A stretch of 64,000 bases of DNA from Mobula hypostoma. Taxonomy: Eukaryota. The stretch spans positions 170,998,001 through 171,062,000 of the forward strand of contig NC_086097.1 in NCBI RefSeq assembly GCF_963921235.1. Reading direction: 5' to 3'. Numbering within the stretch: the stretch's first letter is position 1; each line of letters starts with the position of its first letter. Shown piece by piece: positions 11,338 through 24,879 of the stretch. Made by a program: the position numbers and the translations under genes. The notes under the pieces are model-generated. The model worked only from the letters and a program-made list of their open reading frames with translations. It ran no database searches and was not told where the DNA came from.

Positions 11338-12184
11338 ATGTCTGGGAGGCTGGTGTTCTGTACTGGGTGTCAGATGTGGGATGTCCAGGAGACTCCCAGC
11401 CTCCCAGATGGCTACATCTGCACTAAGTGTGTCGAGCTGCAGCTCCTTAGGGACCGGGTTGGGGAACTGGAGATGCAGCTTGATGACCTTCGTCTGGTCA
11501 GGGAAAGTGAGGAGGTGATAGAGAGGAGCTATAGGCAAGTAGTCACAACTGTGTCTCGGGAGACAGATACCAGGGGACAGCCCTGTGGCTGTCCCCCTTA
11601 ACAATAAGTAGTCTTGTTTGAGTACTGCTGGGGAAGATGGTCTACTTGGGGGAAGCAACAGAGGCTGGCCTTGTGGCTCAGAAGAGTAGGGAAAGAAAGA
11701 AGGCAGCATTAATAGGGTGCCCTATAGCTAGGGGGTCAGACAGGCGATTCTGTGGATGCAGGAAAGAAACATGGATGGTAGATTGCCTCCCAGTTGCGAG
11801 GGTCTGGGATGATTCTGATCGCGTCCATGATATCCTGAAGTGGTACATATTGGTACCAAAGACATAGGTAGGAAAAGGGAAGAGGTCCTGAAAACAGACT
11901 ACAGGGAGTTAGGAAGGAAGTTGAGAAGCAGGACCTCAAAGGTAGTAATCTCGGGATTACTGCCTGCGCCACGCAACAGTGAGTATAGGAATAGAGTGAG
12001 GTGGAGGGTAAATATGTGGCTGAGGGATTGGAGCAGGGGACAGAGATTCAGATTTCTGGATCATTGGGACCTCTTTTGGGGCAGGCGTGACCTGTGCAAA
12101 AAGGACGAGTTGCACTTGAATCTGAGGGGGACCAATATCCTGGCAGGGAGGTTTGCTGAGGCTATTGGGGAGAGTTTAAACTAG
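11338..12184 (+). pseudogene. CR1 ORF1: CxxC...CxxC motif, coiled coil and SGNH/GDSL-type esterase (frameshifted)
   Basis: MSGRLVFCTGCQMW..YICTKCVELQLLRDRVGELEMQLDDL; RRFCG..MVDCLPVARV; VHIGTKDIGRK..VVISGLLP; DELHLN. Confidence 0.85.
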
Positions 12185-12299
12185 AATTGCTGGGGGGTGG
12201 GATGGAGGAAGGGGCGGTTGGCTCACAAATAGAGAAAACTTGGAGACAGTGCAAGAGGAAGGATAGGCAGCTGATAGAGAAGGGATGCGCTCAGACTGA

Positions 12300-15065
12300 T
12301 GGTTTGAAGTGTGTATTTTAATGCAAGGAGCAAAGTGGATGAGTTTAGAGCATGGATCAGTACTTGGAGCTATGATGTTGTGGCCATTACAGAAACTTGA
12401 ATGGCTCAGGGGCAGGAATGGTTACATAGAGTGCCAGGCTTTAGATATTTCAAAAAGGTCAAGGAGGGATGCAAAAGAGGTGGGGTGTGGCATTGTTGAT
12501 CAGAGATAGTGTCATGGCTGTAGAAAAGGAGGAAGTCATGGAGGGTTTGTTGAATGAGTCTCTGTGGGTGGAAGTTAGAAACAGGAAGGGGTCAATAACT
12601 CTACTGGGTGTTTTTTTTTTAATAGACCATCCAATAGTAACAGGGGCATCAAGGAGCAGAGAGGGAGACAGATTCTGGAAAGGTGTAATAATAATAGGGT
12701 TGTCATGGTGGGAGATTTTAATTTCCCAAATATTGTTTAGCATCTCCCTAGAGCAAGGGGTTTAGATGGGGTGGAGTTTGTTAGGTGTGTTCAGGAAGGT
12801 TTCCTGACACAATATGTAGATAAGCCTACAAGAGGAGAGGCTGAACTTGATCTGGTATTGGGAAATGAATCTGGTGAGGTGTCAGGTCTCTCAGTGGGAG
12901 AGCATTTTGGAGACAGTGATCACAATTCTATCTCTTTTACCATAGTAATGGAGAGTGATAGGAACAGACAAGTTGGGAAAGCGTTTAATTGGATAAGGGG
13001 AAATGTGAAGCTACCAGGTAGGAACTTTGAAGTATAAATTGGGAAAAGATATTCTCAGGGAAATACATGGCAGAAATGTGTCAAGTGTTCAGGGGATATT
13101 AGTGTGGCATTCTGCATAGGTACACTCCACTGCGACAAGGAAAGGATGGTAGGGTGCAAGAACCATGGTGTACAAAGGCTGTTGAAAATCTAGTCAAGAA
13201 GAAGAGAAAAGTTTACGAAAGGATCAAAAAAACTAGGTAATGATAGAGATCTATAAGATTATAAAGAAGAAGCTTAAGAACGAAATTAGGAGAGCCAGAA
13301 GGGGCCATGAGAAGGCCTTGGCAAGTAGGATTAAGGAAAACCCCAAGGCATTCTACAAGTATGTGAAGAGCAAGAGGATAAGACATGAGAGAATAGGACC
13401 AATCAAGTGTGATGGCGGAAAAGTGTGTATGGAACCAGAGGAGATGACTGAGGTACTTAATGAATACTTTGCTTCATTATTCACTATGGAAAAGGATCCT
13501 GGCGATTGTAGGGATGACTTACAGCAGATTGAAAAGCTTGAGCATATAGATATTAAGAAAGAGGATGTGCTGGAGCTTTTGGAAAGCATCAAGTTGGATA
13601 ACTATTTGGGACCAGACGAAATGTACCCAGGCTTCTATGGGAGGCAAGGGAGGAGATTGCTGAGCCTCTGGTAATGATCTTTGCATCATCAATGGGGACA
13701 AAAGCGGTTCCGGAGGATTGGAGGGTTGCAGATGTTGTTCCCTTATTCAAGTAAGGGAGTAGAGTTAGCCCAGGAAATTATAGGCCAGTGAGTCTTACTT
13801 CAGTGGTTGGTAAGTTGATGGAAAAGATCCTGTGAGGAAGGATTTATGAATGTTTGGAGAGGTATAATATGATTAGCAATAGTCAGCATGGTTTTATCAA
13901 AGGTATGTTGTGCCTTACGAGCCTGATTGAATTTTTTAAGGATATGACTAAAAATATTGATGAAGGTAGAACCGTAGATGTAGTATATATGAATTTTAGC
14001 AAGGTATTTGATAAGGTACCCCATGCAAGGCTTATTGAGAAAGTAAGGAGGCATGGGATCCAAGGAACCTTGCTTTGTGGATCCAGACTTGGTTTGCCCA
14101 CAGAAGGCAAAAAGTGGTTGTAGGCAGGTCATATTCTGCATGGAGGTCAGTGACCAGTGGTGTACCTCAGAGATCTGTTCTGGGACCCCTTCACTTTGTG
14201 ATTTTTATAAATGACCTAGATGAAGAAGTGGAGGGATGGGTTAGTAAATTTGCTGATGACACAGAGGTTGGAGGTGTTGTGGATAGTGTGGAGGGCTGTC
14301 AGAGGTTACAGTGGAACATTGATAGGATGCAAAACTGGGCTAAGAAGTGGCAGATGGAGTTCAACCCAGATAAGTGTGAGGTGGTTCATCTTGGTAGGTC
14401 AAATATGATGGCAGCGTATGGTATTAATGGTAAGTCTCTTGGCAGTGTGGAGGATCAGTGGGATCTTTGGGTCCGTGTCCATAGGACACTCAAAGCTGTT
14501 GTGCAGGTTGACACTGGTTAAGAAGGCATACTGTGTCTTGGCCTTCATCAACTGTGGGATTCAGTTTAAGAACCGAGAGGTAATGTTACAGCTATATAGG
14601 ACCCTGGTCAGACCCCACTTGGAGTACTGTGCTCAGTTCTGGTCATCTCACTACAGGAAGGATGTGGAAACCATAGAAAGGGTGCAGAGGAGATTTAAAA
14701 GGATGTTGCCTGGATTGGGGAGCATGCCTTACGAGAACAGGTCGAGTGAACTCTGCCTTTTCTCCTTGGAGCAGTGAAGGATGAGAGGTGACCTGATAGA
14801 GGTGTACAAGATGATGAGAGGCATTGATCGTGTGGATAGTCAGAGGCTTTTTCCCAGGGCTGAAATGGCTAACATGAGGGGGCACAGTTTTAAGCTGCTT
14901 GGAAATAGGTACAGAGGAGATGTCAGTGGTAAATTTTTTGTGCAGAGAGTGATGAGTGTGTGGAATGGGCTGCCGGCGACTGTGGTGGAGGCGGATATGA
15001 TAGGGTCTTTTAAGAGACTCCTGGATAGGTACGTAGAGCTTAGAAAAATAGAGGGCTATGGGTAA
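12300..15065 (+). pseudogene. CR1 ORF2 (APE endonuclease and reverse transcriptase), with multiple stops and frameshifts
   Basis: GVALLI, PTRGEAELDLV, GDSDHNSI; QHGFIKG..CLTSL, VDVVYMNFSKVFDKVPH, SGVPQRSVLGPL, SKFADDT, RPHLEYCAQFW. Confidence 0.95.
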
Positions 15066-17529
15066 CCCAAGGTAATTTCTAAAGTTAGGACATGTTCGGC
15101 ACAGCATCGTGGGCCGAAGGGCCCGTATTGTGCTGTATGTTTTGTATGTTTCCATCTCCAAAGAGGAATTCGGGAGAAAAGTCAGTGACAGGTGAGAACT
15201 TGTGTTACAAGAGTGAATGGGATATATGGTGGCATTGTGGTTTATTACGAGACTAGTAACAAAGTAATCCTGGTTCACTGGTTCTACAAGGCTAAGCATC
15301 TACTGGCTGCACAATAGGGAGTTGGTCAGTTCATTCAGTTTGCAGAGAAATCCACAGTCCATTCTTTTCCTACTTCCTGCTATCCCTTCAAGTTCACTTT
15401 CTCTTGTTTGCCATCAATAGTACTGATGGCCTCCATTTCGACCTCATCATTTGTTGCTTTTCTCTTTCTTCCTCATACCCATAGACACAGTGTGGCAAAG
15501 GCTAATACTAGAGGACAGCCTTTTATTGAGTGCAGGACATTTTAGGGGAGATGTCAGAGGTAAGTTTTTTATACAGAGAGTGGTAAGTGTCTGGAATGCA
15601 CTTCCAGGGCATGGTGGTGGATGCAGATACAGTAAGGATATTAAAGGGACTTTAGACATATAGATGAAAGAAATGGTGAGTTATAGGCTGTGTAGGAGGG
15701 AAGGGTTAAATCGATTGTGGAGTATGTTGAAAGATCGGCACAACTTTGGGGATCAAAAGACCCACACTGCTGTACTGCTGTACTGTTCTAACCCTTCTTT
15801 ATCCTGAGCTCTGTCTGTTCACTCCTGATACTATCAGGAGAACTTCTCATCCTACCCAAACTAAAAATCAGTCATCAACTTCAACACCCAGTACTTCCCA
15901 TCTCAGCACACCAGCTGGGGGTGTTTTAACTTCGTCATTTGCAAACTTTTGTCAGTATGTTGACAAAGAAACAGCTGGGTTATCAATGAAGCCCAAGAAT
16001 GGCTCAAAGTCATGGAAGGGAATCAGCCTCCCCTACCTGGTCAGCAGTATAAGTGAGTCCAAAGTGGTTGCCTCTGAAGCAGCCTCCGAAGTCAAGGGAT
16101 TATAAGAGGTGAGTGATAAATGCTAGCCTTGTCAATGACTGTTGTCATATGTGAGGGCAAGGAACAGAATGGTCTATTGACAGAGAGAGTCAAAGCTTCT
16201 GTATTGATTGAACAACAAGCACAGCTGCACTTCCTAAAGGACTGTAGCGTTCCTGTACAGGGTGCACAGTCAACATCATTAAAGGAAAACTGATCCATCA
16301 AACATTTTGCATACTTGTAGGCAGAGGTGCTGTCAAAATCTAAAACTGCAAGAGGCATCATTTCACAGTACATTTACTTCCAATTAGCAATATTTCAACT
16401 TTTCTTTCAAACTTAATTTGCACTTGCAAACCTCAGGCACAGGAACTAATTTCAATTGAATAATTTCAGTGGGATGAAATTCAGTCTGGTTCTACACAGG
16501 GTAATCCACTCTGTCATAAGTACTTTGGCCGTGAAGATGATTTAAATGATTGCTATTCATTCTTGAAAGCAGAAGTCCCAAACAAGTACTTAGTCACTAC
16601 CCTGTTCACCCAGCTTCCAAATTTTTCATTCTGTGCTATTCATAATCAGTGACCCACACTATCCAGGCCATGCAGTCTTCTCCTTGCTGCCATCAGGGAG
16701 GAGGTACAGGAACCTGGAGACCCATACCTCACGGTACAACAGCAGTTTCTTCCCACTGTTATCAGGTTCTGAAACCGACTGGGAAAAACCCTAACACTAC
16801 CTCAGACTATATTATTTTTCTCTCCTTCTCTCAGTCTTGTTATTATGTTTATTTTGTTGCTTAGTGTGCACACCTTGAGTTAATTTATGTTAATTTAAGT
16901 TTATGGTAATGTACAATATGTCTGACTGTCTAGTTATGCACTATGCTGCAAAAAGCTCATTTTTGCCATTTTCTGTGTTTGTGTGTCTCTATGAGGAGCA
17001 TAATTATGGATTTCATGAGGATATAGGCAGATCAGAGGAATAGGTAGATATGTGGCAGATGAAGTATATTGAAGAAAAATTGCTACATGCTTCGGATGAA
17101 GAGAGGCAGTATAAATTGGAGGCACAAGCAATTGCCGATGGTGGAATCTGCAGCCACAAACAATCTGCTGGAGGAACTCAACAGATCAGGCAGCATCTGT
17201 GAGGGAGAAGGAATCATTGATTTGTTTTGATTCAAAATCCTGCTGCCAGGTCGAGCAATACAAACTGAAAAGGTACAAGATCAGATAGATCTTAACTAAA
17301 TCATTGGGCTATTTTACAGAGGAAGCAGTTAAGTCTTTCCTTTCTTACTTAAGGAAGGCCTGAGTGGCAAATGCGGATGTGAGGAACAACATTTACACAT
17401 AGAGGATGGTGAGAATGGGAGCTGAGCTGCCGAGGAAGTTATGGTTTAAGTACAGCATTTAAAAGACACTGAGATAGGGACATAGATAGGAACAGTTTAG
17501 AGCGAGAGTCATGAGACTGCAGAGTTTAA

Positions 17530-18045
17530 CGGAGCAACACATACTAAATGGTTGAGGAACTCGGCAAGTCAGTCAGCATCCATGGAGGGAATCAAACCAT
17601 CAACATTTCTGGCTGAGACTGGAAAGAAAGGGAGCAGAAGCCAGAATAAGAAAGTAGGTGGAGGGCAAGGAATATGGCGGGAAGAAAAGGAGTCTTCTGA
17701 AGTTAAAAAATCAATGTTCATGACATCGGGTTGGTGGCTACTCAGACGGAATATGAAATGTTTCTCCTTCAACCCGAGTTCGGCCTCATTGTGGCAGTAG
17801 AGGAGGTCATGGACAGGCATGTCAGAATGGGAATGGGTAGCGACCAGGAGACAAACAGAACAAAGGTGCCTGACAAAGCAATCTTGCAATCTGCGTTGGG
17901 TGTCACAAATGTAGAGGTGGCTGCACAGGGACACTAGATACAATAAATTACCCTGACCGATTCACAGGTCTGGACCAAAACTTTGACAGTTCCTTTTCTC
18001 CCTCAAATGTTGCTTGACCTGATTTCCTCCAACAGATTTTTTGTT
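17530..18045 (-). mobile_element. PLE fragment (GIY-YIG C-terminus with inverted pLTR remnants)
   Basis: LYICDTQRRLQDCFVRHL..HSHSDMPVHDLLYCHNEA..KEKHFIFRLSSHQPDVMNIDF. Confidence 0.8.
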
Positions 18046-18849
18046 GGAACATAAAATAATAAAGCATGGAAGAATAATCTGTAGCAACAGAATCCTCAAT
18101 ACACAATGTTGTGTTAAACTATACCTTGCAGGGCTATGGGCTCAGCTCAAGCAACAGGGCTGGTTCAGTTCGGCAAGTTGGTCAACATTCTACCCAGGGT
18201 CTGTTTCTCTGTATAACTCCATGACTCTATAAAAATCAAGGGAATGTGAAACTGGCAGAGAAGGGGAGAAGAAGGCTGGAGCAGCTCAGTAATGTTAGCT
18301 GGGCAGGATCAAAGGGCTGAGTGGCTGTTTCCTTGTGTTATTAATTAGTATCATTTGTTGAGTGTGATAAGACAGGATGAGAAACATCCCTGATCTTGGG
18401 CTTGAAGACCGAGTGGGTACACAGCAACATTTCCCTTTGGTGTAAGTGTAAAAGAACTAAAGGGTATAGAATAAAGTTGCTGGGCTAAAAGTCCACCTTT
18501 GAAATGAGGGAACGCATACTGTTGGTACACCATTATAACTGGGTATGGGATAGTTGCTGTCCTGGGGTGCATTGGAGACGTGTGTTGTTGTGATGCTTAG
18601 AGAGGTTCTGGATAAGTATACAAAAGGCAAGAGCATGCAGGGCTAAGGAAGGTGGTGGGGAGTCAGTCAAGCTGAATTGACTTTAACCTGAGCTAGAATA
18701 CACTTGATGGGTTGAATGGCCTCCTGTTTCATTCTGTAATTCTTTTATCATTTCAAAGCAGGAAACAAGATTAAACTGCTTTAGAGTAAACGTTCAGTTG
18801 TTCATTCATTACATGTAGAATTAGATTCGGGTGTGTGTGTGTCAGATAT

Positions 18850-19650
18850 AGTTTCCCTCTATTCTAAGGCTGTGTCCTCTGCTCTTAACTCTCCCACCAG
18901 AGGAAACATCCTGTCCACATCCACTCTATCAATACCTTTCACCATTCAAGTGGTTTCAGTGAGATCACCCCTCATTCTTCTGAATTCAAGTGAATACAGG
19001 CCCAGAGCCATCAAACACTCTTCATTTGCCAGGCCATTCAAACTTGGAATCATTTTCGTGAACCTCCTTTGAACACCCTCCAGTTTCAGCACATCTTTTG
19101 TAAGATAAGGGGCCAAAAACTGCTCTCAATACTCCAATGAGGCCTCACCAGCACTTTGTATCACTTGTCACCAACATTACATCCTTCCTTTTATATTCTA
19201 GTCCTCTTGAAATGAATGCTAACATTGCATTTGCCTTCCTGCATGAGGATTCCCAAATAACTTTGCACCACAGTTTTTTGTATTTTCTCTCAATTTAGAA
19301 AATAGTCAACCCTTTTATTTCTTCTACCAAAGTGCATGACCATACACTTCCTGACACTGTATTCCACCTGCCATTTCTTTGCCAGTTCTCCTAATCTGAC
19401 TATTATTCTGTACCCTCTCTACTTCCTCAAAGGTACCTGGCCTCCACCTATCTTCATATTGTCTGCAAACTTTGTAACAAAGCCATCAATTCTATCATCC
19501 AAACCATTGACATGAAATGTAAAAATAAATTGGTCCTAACAGAGAATCTGTGGAAAATCACTTGTCACCAGCAGCCAACCACAAAAGGCTCCCTTTATTT
19601 CCACTTTTTGCCTCCTGCCAATCAGCCACTGGGGTATTCATGCAAGAATT
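18850..19650 (-). mobile_element. CR1 ORF2 RT/C-terminal fragment
   Basis: Reverse-complement similarity to 2600-3100; same pattern as 29900-30570. Confidence 0.8.
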
Positions 19651-19669
19651 TTTGCTGTAATAGAGCTTT

Positions 19670-20612
19670 AACTAGTGGCCAATCTGGACATTGGGAGTTT
19701 GGAGAGGAGGGGACTTCAATCAGGTTCACTGTCCAATGATAAAATGCAGGAACGGGTTGCGGCAGCATAATAGAGCTTTGAGAAGCGACCGATCACCACT
19801 TGAGATTGATAAGTAAAATCAAATTAAAGGAAGGCAGGGGTAAGCTGTCGTCTGAGTGGACATAGAGTGGTATTCTTAAGGATTTAGCTCTTTGAGGCTT
19901 CAGTGAAGACAGGCTTCACTCAGAGAAAGCAAAGGAAAGAAAGGCTCAAGTTTTCTTGTTCTCTTCATTATATCTATGCAGTTAGGACAATAGGAATGAA
20001 AGGCAAGAGAGTTAAATACTCCTCTTATGGGATGTGGGAAGGCAGAAAGCGACCTCCAGTGTCCCTGAAAACTACAACTGTGAGAAGTGCATCCAGCTGC
20101 AGCTTCTAACCAATCACATTAGGGAGTTGGAGCTAGAACTGGATGAACTTCACATCATTCGGGAGGGTGGTGGGGTGATAGATAGGACAAGTAGAGAGAT
20201 AGTTACATCCAAGGTGCAGGAAAAAGGAAACTGGGTGACAGTCAGGAACGAAAAAGGGGTTAAGGAGCCAGTGCAGAGTACCTCTGTAACCACCTCAATA
20301 ACGGGTATATCACTTTGGATACTCTTGAGGGGAGGGTGTCCTAACAGAGGAAAGTTACATTGGTAGTGTGTTTAGCATTGAGTCAGGCTCTGTAATTCAA
20401 AAGCCGGGGGGGGGAGGAGAAGAGGTATGCTGCGGTGATAGGGGGTTTGTTAGTTAGGGGAACGGACAGGAGGTTTTGTGGGCAAGAACGAGATTCCCAT
20501 TTGGTATGTTGCCTCCCGGGTGCCAGAGTCCTGATATCTCGAATTGAGTGTTCAGCATTCTCAAGTGGGTGGGTGAACAGCCAGAGTTCCGAGGTTCTGC
20601 ATAGGGAGTTCA
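19670..20612 (+). mobile_element. CR1 5' UTR and ORF1 fragment, inverted relative to the flanking CR1
   Basis: YNCEKCIQLQLLTNHIRELELELDEL; VRGTDRRFCGQERDSHLVCCLPGARV. Confidence 0.85.
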
Positions 20613-20614
20613 CT

Positions 20615-22830
20615 ATGAGGATTGTAACATTGCCCTTTTGGCACGCATTTTCTATCTTCCATTATAATTTGTAGGCCACAAACTTACTTTTTTTTCCAGG
20701 GGGGTGGTCTGTATATAACTCCCCTCAGGGTCTTTTTACCCTTGCAGTTCCTTAGCTCTATCCACAATGATTGTTTTTTGCTGGTGGAGGGAGAGGGGGA
20801 TGGTTGCTTGCTGCAGTTTATGTGCGGGAGGGGGGACCCAGGGGGTGGACTTTGGGGTTCTCACGTTTAACTGTCGTTCATTCTTTGGGGCACTTCTGTT
20901 TTCGTGGATGTTTGCGAAGAAAAAGCAAGTCAGGATGTATATTGTATCTATTTCTCTGACATTAAATTTGACCTTTGAACATTGTCCGACCCTATGTCAC
21001 CTCTTTCTAATGATCTGATTTCATTTTTTACCAACAGAGCAACACCACCTCCTTTGCCTTCCTGCCTATCCTTTCAATACAAAGTGTATCTTTGGACATT
21101 AAGTTCCCAGCTACAAACTGCTTTCAGCCATGATTCACTGATGCCTATAGCATCATACCTGCCAATTTGTAACTGTGCTGGAAGTTCCATATTCCGTATA
21201 CTACACACATTCAGATACAATGCCTTCAGTCCTGTATTCCTTTTTTGATTTTTGTCTGCCTTTTATGTTGCAACTCATCCTGTTGACTGCAATTTTGCTC
21301 TATCAACAGCCTCTCCTTGCTACACGTTGCCTCTGTTTGTCAACCAGCCACCTCATCTTCAGCACTATTATCTGCCTTTCCTACAATACCTCTTTCATTG
21401 AAATACATGCAGCTCAGGACACTAGTCGCACCATGCTCAGCCTTTTTGACTCCTAACTTTGTCTGAAATCTTACCAACATCTACCTTCACAACCTCTACA
21501 CTAACAGTTCTGGCACTCTGCTTCCCATCCCCCTGCAACTCTAGTTTAAACCCCAACATGCAGCATTAACAAACCTTCCTGCTAGAATATTTGTCCTCTG
21601 CCAGTTCAAGTGAAAACTGCCCCTTCTGTGCAGGTTCCACCTTCCTTGGAAGAGAGCCCAATGATCCAAAACTCTTAAGCTCTTCTTCCTACACCAACTC
21701 CTTAGCCACATATTAAACTGTATAATATTCCTAGTCTGGCCTCACAGGGAGCAATCCTGAGATCACAACCTTGGAGGTCCTGCCCTTTAACTTGACACCT
21801 AACTCCCTGACCTCCCTATGCAGAACCTCGTCACTTGTCCTACCCATTTCCTTGGTTCCTATATGGACCATGGCTTCTGGCTGTTCACTCACCCACTTTA
21901 GAATACTGAAGACTTGATCTGAGAAATCCTGGACGCTGGCTCTGGGAGCCAACATGCCATCCGGGAATCTTGTTCTCGCCCACAGAACCTCCTGCCCATT
22001 TCCCTACCTAACGAATCCCCTGTCACTACAGTATGCCACTTCTCCGCCCTTCCCTTCTGAATCACCGAGGCAGAGTCAGTGCCAGAGATCTGATCATTGT
22101 GACTTTCCTCTGTTAGGGCTTCTCCCACCGCCCCCCGCCCCCCCACCACCCCAACAGCATCCAAAGTGTTGTTGAGGGGGATGGCCGCAGGGGTACTTTG
22201 CACAGGCTTGTTAGCACCTTTCCCCTTCCTATCACCCAGTTTCCTCTGTCCTGCACCTTGGGTGTAACTATCTCCCTATATGCCCTGTTTGTCACCCCAT
22301 CATCCTCCCGTAAGATCATCCAGTTCCAGTCCCAGCTCCAACTCCCTAATGCGGATTATTAGAAGTTGCAGCTACTTTGCAGTTGTAGCTGTCAGAGACA
22401 CTGGAGGTCTCCCTCTCTTCTCACATCCCACAAGAGGAGTATTCATCTATTCTGCCTGAAAACTCTACTAGCAACACATACAAAATGCTGAAGGAACTCA
22501 GCAGGCCCCGCAACGTCTGTGGAAAAGAATACAGTTGACATTTCGGGCCAAGACACTTCAGCAGGCCCCCAACATTGACTATACTCTGTTCCATAGATTC
22601 TGCTTGACCTGCTGAATTCCTCCAGCATTTTTTTTTTGTGTGTGTCTGTCTAGGTTTTCCAGCATCTGTAGATTTTCTCTTGTTTGGCATCTCTACTATC
22701 CTAGCTGAGCAGATATAAAGAAGGGAAAGAAAAATAAAACTTGATTTCTCTGACTGAATCCTCTCTTCTCCGAAGCCTCGAAGAGCTAAAGCCTCCAGAA
22801 CACCACTCTGACTCTGTCCACTCAGACAGG
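20615..22830 (-). mobile_element. CR1 5' portion (ORF1 esterase and 5' UTR) with nested insertions
   Basis: VVTGDSLGREMGRRFCGREQDSR; MVHIGTKEMGRTSDEVLHREVRELGVKLKGRTSKVVISGLLPV. Confidence 0.85.
22471..22684. mobile_element. PLE fold-back insertion
   Basis: gcaacacatacaaaatgctgaaggaactcagcagg versus cctgctgaattcctccagcatttt; tail to 22684; ctctacta repeated at 22463-22470 and 22691-22698 (core of a diverged TSD). Confidence 0.85.
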
Positions 22831-23814
22831 TTCCACTGATTGCAGCTGGACTAGTGTATAAAAGATCAATTATGTCTGATGTTCCTGTCGGCATCTTAAC
22901 AGCACTGACTAGAGGAAAAAAGTTTCCCTGTCCAGAACTTTGGATCACTACCAAGGTCATTAGCAGTGATAAATTACTTTCAACATATTGTATAATAAAT
23001 CTTCACAGCAGGGTTCCAAACAGCATAAGCCCAAAGCATCACACCACCTGATTCAGACCTAGGTCAGGAGCTACAGAAAGAGCTGATCAATAGATTGGTT
23101 TAAAATACGACAAAGAATAAAATACTGTATTTAAGCAAAGAATAATACTTCATATACTGCATATTTATTGCACAAAAATTGCAAATGTTTGAAATATGAG
23201 ATCTGAGCAGGTCAAAACATCAAGTCTACAGATGCCTGAAGTTCACACCATCAGCTACTTTCCTTCAACGATTCAGTTCATGAAGCAACCAGCACAAGCC
23301 TAATCACTGTACTTTAGCAACCCTTTGATCATTGTGTACTAAAATGGACATTTTTGTGTTTTACTTATCTCTCTGTAAAAGTCATGTATAATTTATGATT
23401 GACTTTTTTTCTTGTGAATGCTGTTTATCTGCTACTATGTGCCCGTGATGCTGCAAGCAAGTTTTCCATTGTACCTGAAGATGTCAATGAACTTGACTTT
23501 GAGGTGTGATTGTGAGTTTCTTTCTATGAGGTGAGATTGAGACATATGGGCCTACAGCCTTTTGGTTTAGAGGAGGTTAACTCCCTGAAATGCAGAGAGT
23601 TCTAGTAAATTCATAGATTAGATTTAGAGCTCATATTTTCCCTGATTCTGGTTAGGCATTGAAGCCCTAGTCACAGCCTCAAGATAAGGAGTTGGCTATT
23701 CAGGACAATGATGAGATCAAATTTTTTTCACTCTGAGAGTGGCTTTGTTTTTCTTTTTACTACCTTGATGTACTTGTGTTTGGAATAATCTATCTGTTTG
23801 GCACATAAATACCA

Positions 23815-24878
23815 TAAATCCAAATGACCATATGACGTAGGAGCAGAATTGGGCCATTTGACCAATTGGGTTAGTTCCACCATTCTACTGCGGTTGATTT
23901 ATTCTCCCACCTTCTCCCCTTAACTTCTGTTGCATGACTGATCAAGAGCGTTTCAACCCCCACTTTAAATATAGTGCACCCAGTGAGTTGGCCTCCACAG
24001 CTGTCCGTAGGAATCAATTCCACAGATTCACCACACTCTAACTAAAGAAATTCCTTCTCATCTAAAGGGACATCCCTCCCTATTTGGAGGCTGTGCCCTC
24101 TGGTTCTAGAATCCCCCACCATAAGATACATCCTCTCCACATCCACTCTATCTAGACTTTTCAGTATTCAATAGGTTTCAATGAGATGTCCATCACCTGA
24201 TTCTTCTGAACTCCAGCAAGTACAGGTCCAGAGGCATCAAATGCTCCTCATATGTTAACCCTTTAATTCCTGGAATCATTCTTGTGTTTTTGTGAACCAC
24301 CTCTGGACCCTTTCCATGTCAGCACATCTTCTCTTAGATAAGGGGCTTAGAACTGCTCAATTACTCCTAGTGCAGCTCGACCATTACCTTATAACATTAT
24401 ATCTTTGTTTTTATATTCTGGATTTCTAGAAATGCCTAAACATTTGAACATCTAATGAATGCTAATATTGCATTTGCCTTCCTTAAAACTGATAACCTGC
24501 AAGTTAACATTTAGGGAGTCTTGCCCAAGAATTCCTAAGTCCTGTTGCACCTCTGATTTTTTTTTTAATTACTCTCCATTTAGAAAATGGTATATGCCTT
24601 TAACCCTTATACCAATGTACAGGGCATACACTTATCTAAACTACATTCTGTCTGTTACTTCTTTGCCCATTCTCTCTAAGTCCTACTGCAGACTATCTGC
24701 TTCCTCAACACTACCTAACTCTCCATCTATCTTCATATTGTCTGCAAACTTGGCCACAGAGTTATCAATTTCATCATCCAAATCGTGATAGAAACAGGAA
24801 AAGAAGAGGTCCTAACACTGACCCCTGTGGAACACCACTAGTTACCAACATCCAAGCAGAAAAGGCTTCCTTTATTCT
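23815..24878 (-). mobile_element. CR1 3' part; continues at ~29075-29240 after nested insertions
   Basis: CR1 tail at ~23815-23870 and RT sequence ctgacccctgtggaacaccacta (SGVPQGS); further RT sequence resumes at 29075. Confidence 0.85.
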
Positions 24879-24879
24879 G

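Larger units (their letters stand above)
11140..15152 (+). mobile_element. Near full-length decayed CR1 LINE (5' UTR, ORF1, ORF2, 3' UTR)
   Basis: Colinear ORF1, APE and RT fragments; 3' end gggccgaagggcccgtattgtgctgtatgttttgtatgtttc. Confidence 0.95.

Noticed and set aside
14643..15299. 218-aa minus-strand ORF
   Set aside because: Antisense to the CR1 ORF2 and 3' UTR.
15746..16373. Ser/Thr- and Cys-rich ORFs as host exons
   Set aside because: No recognisable homology or convincing splice-site pair; they overlap repeat remnants.
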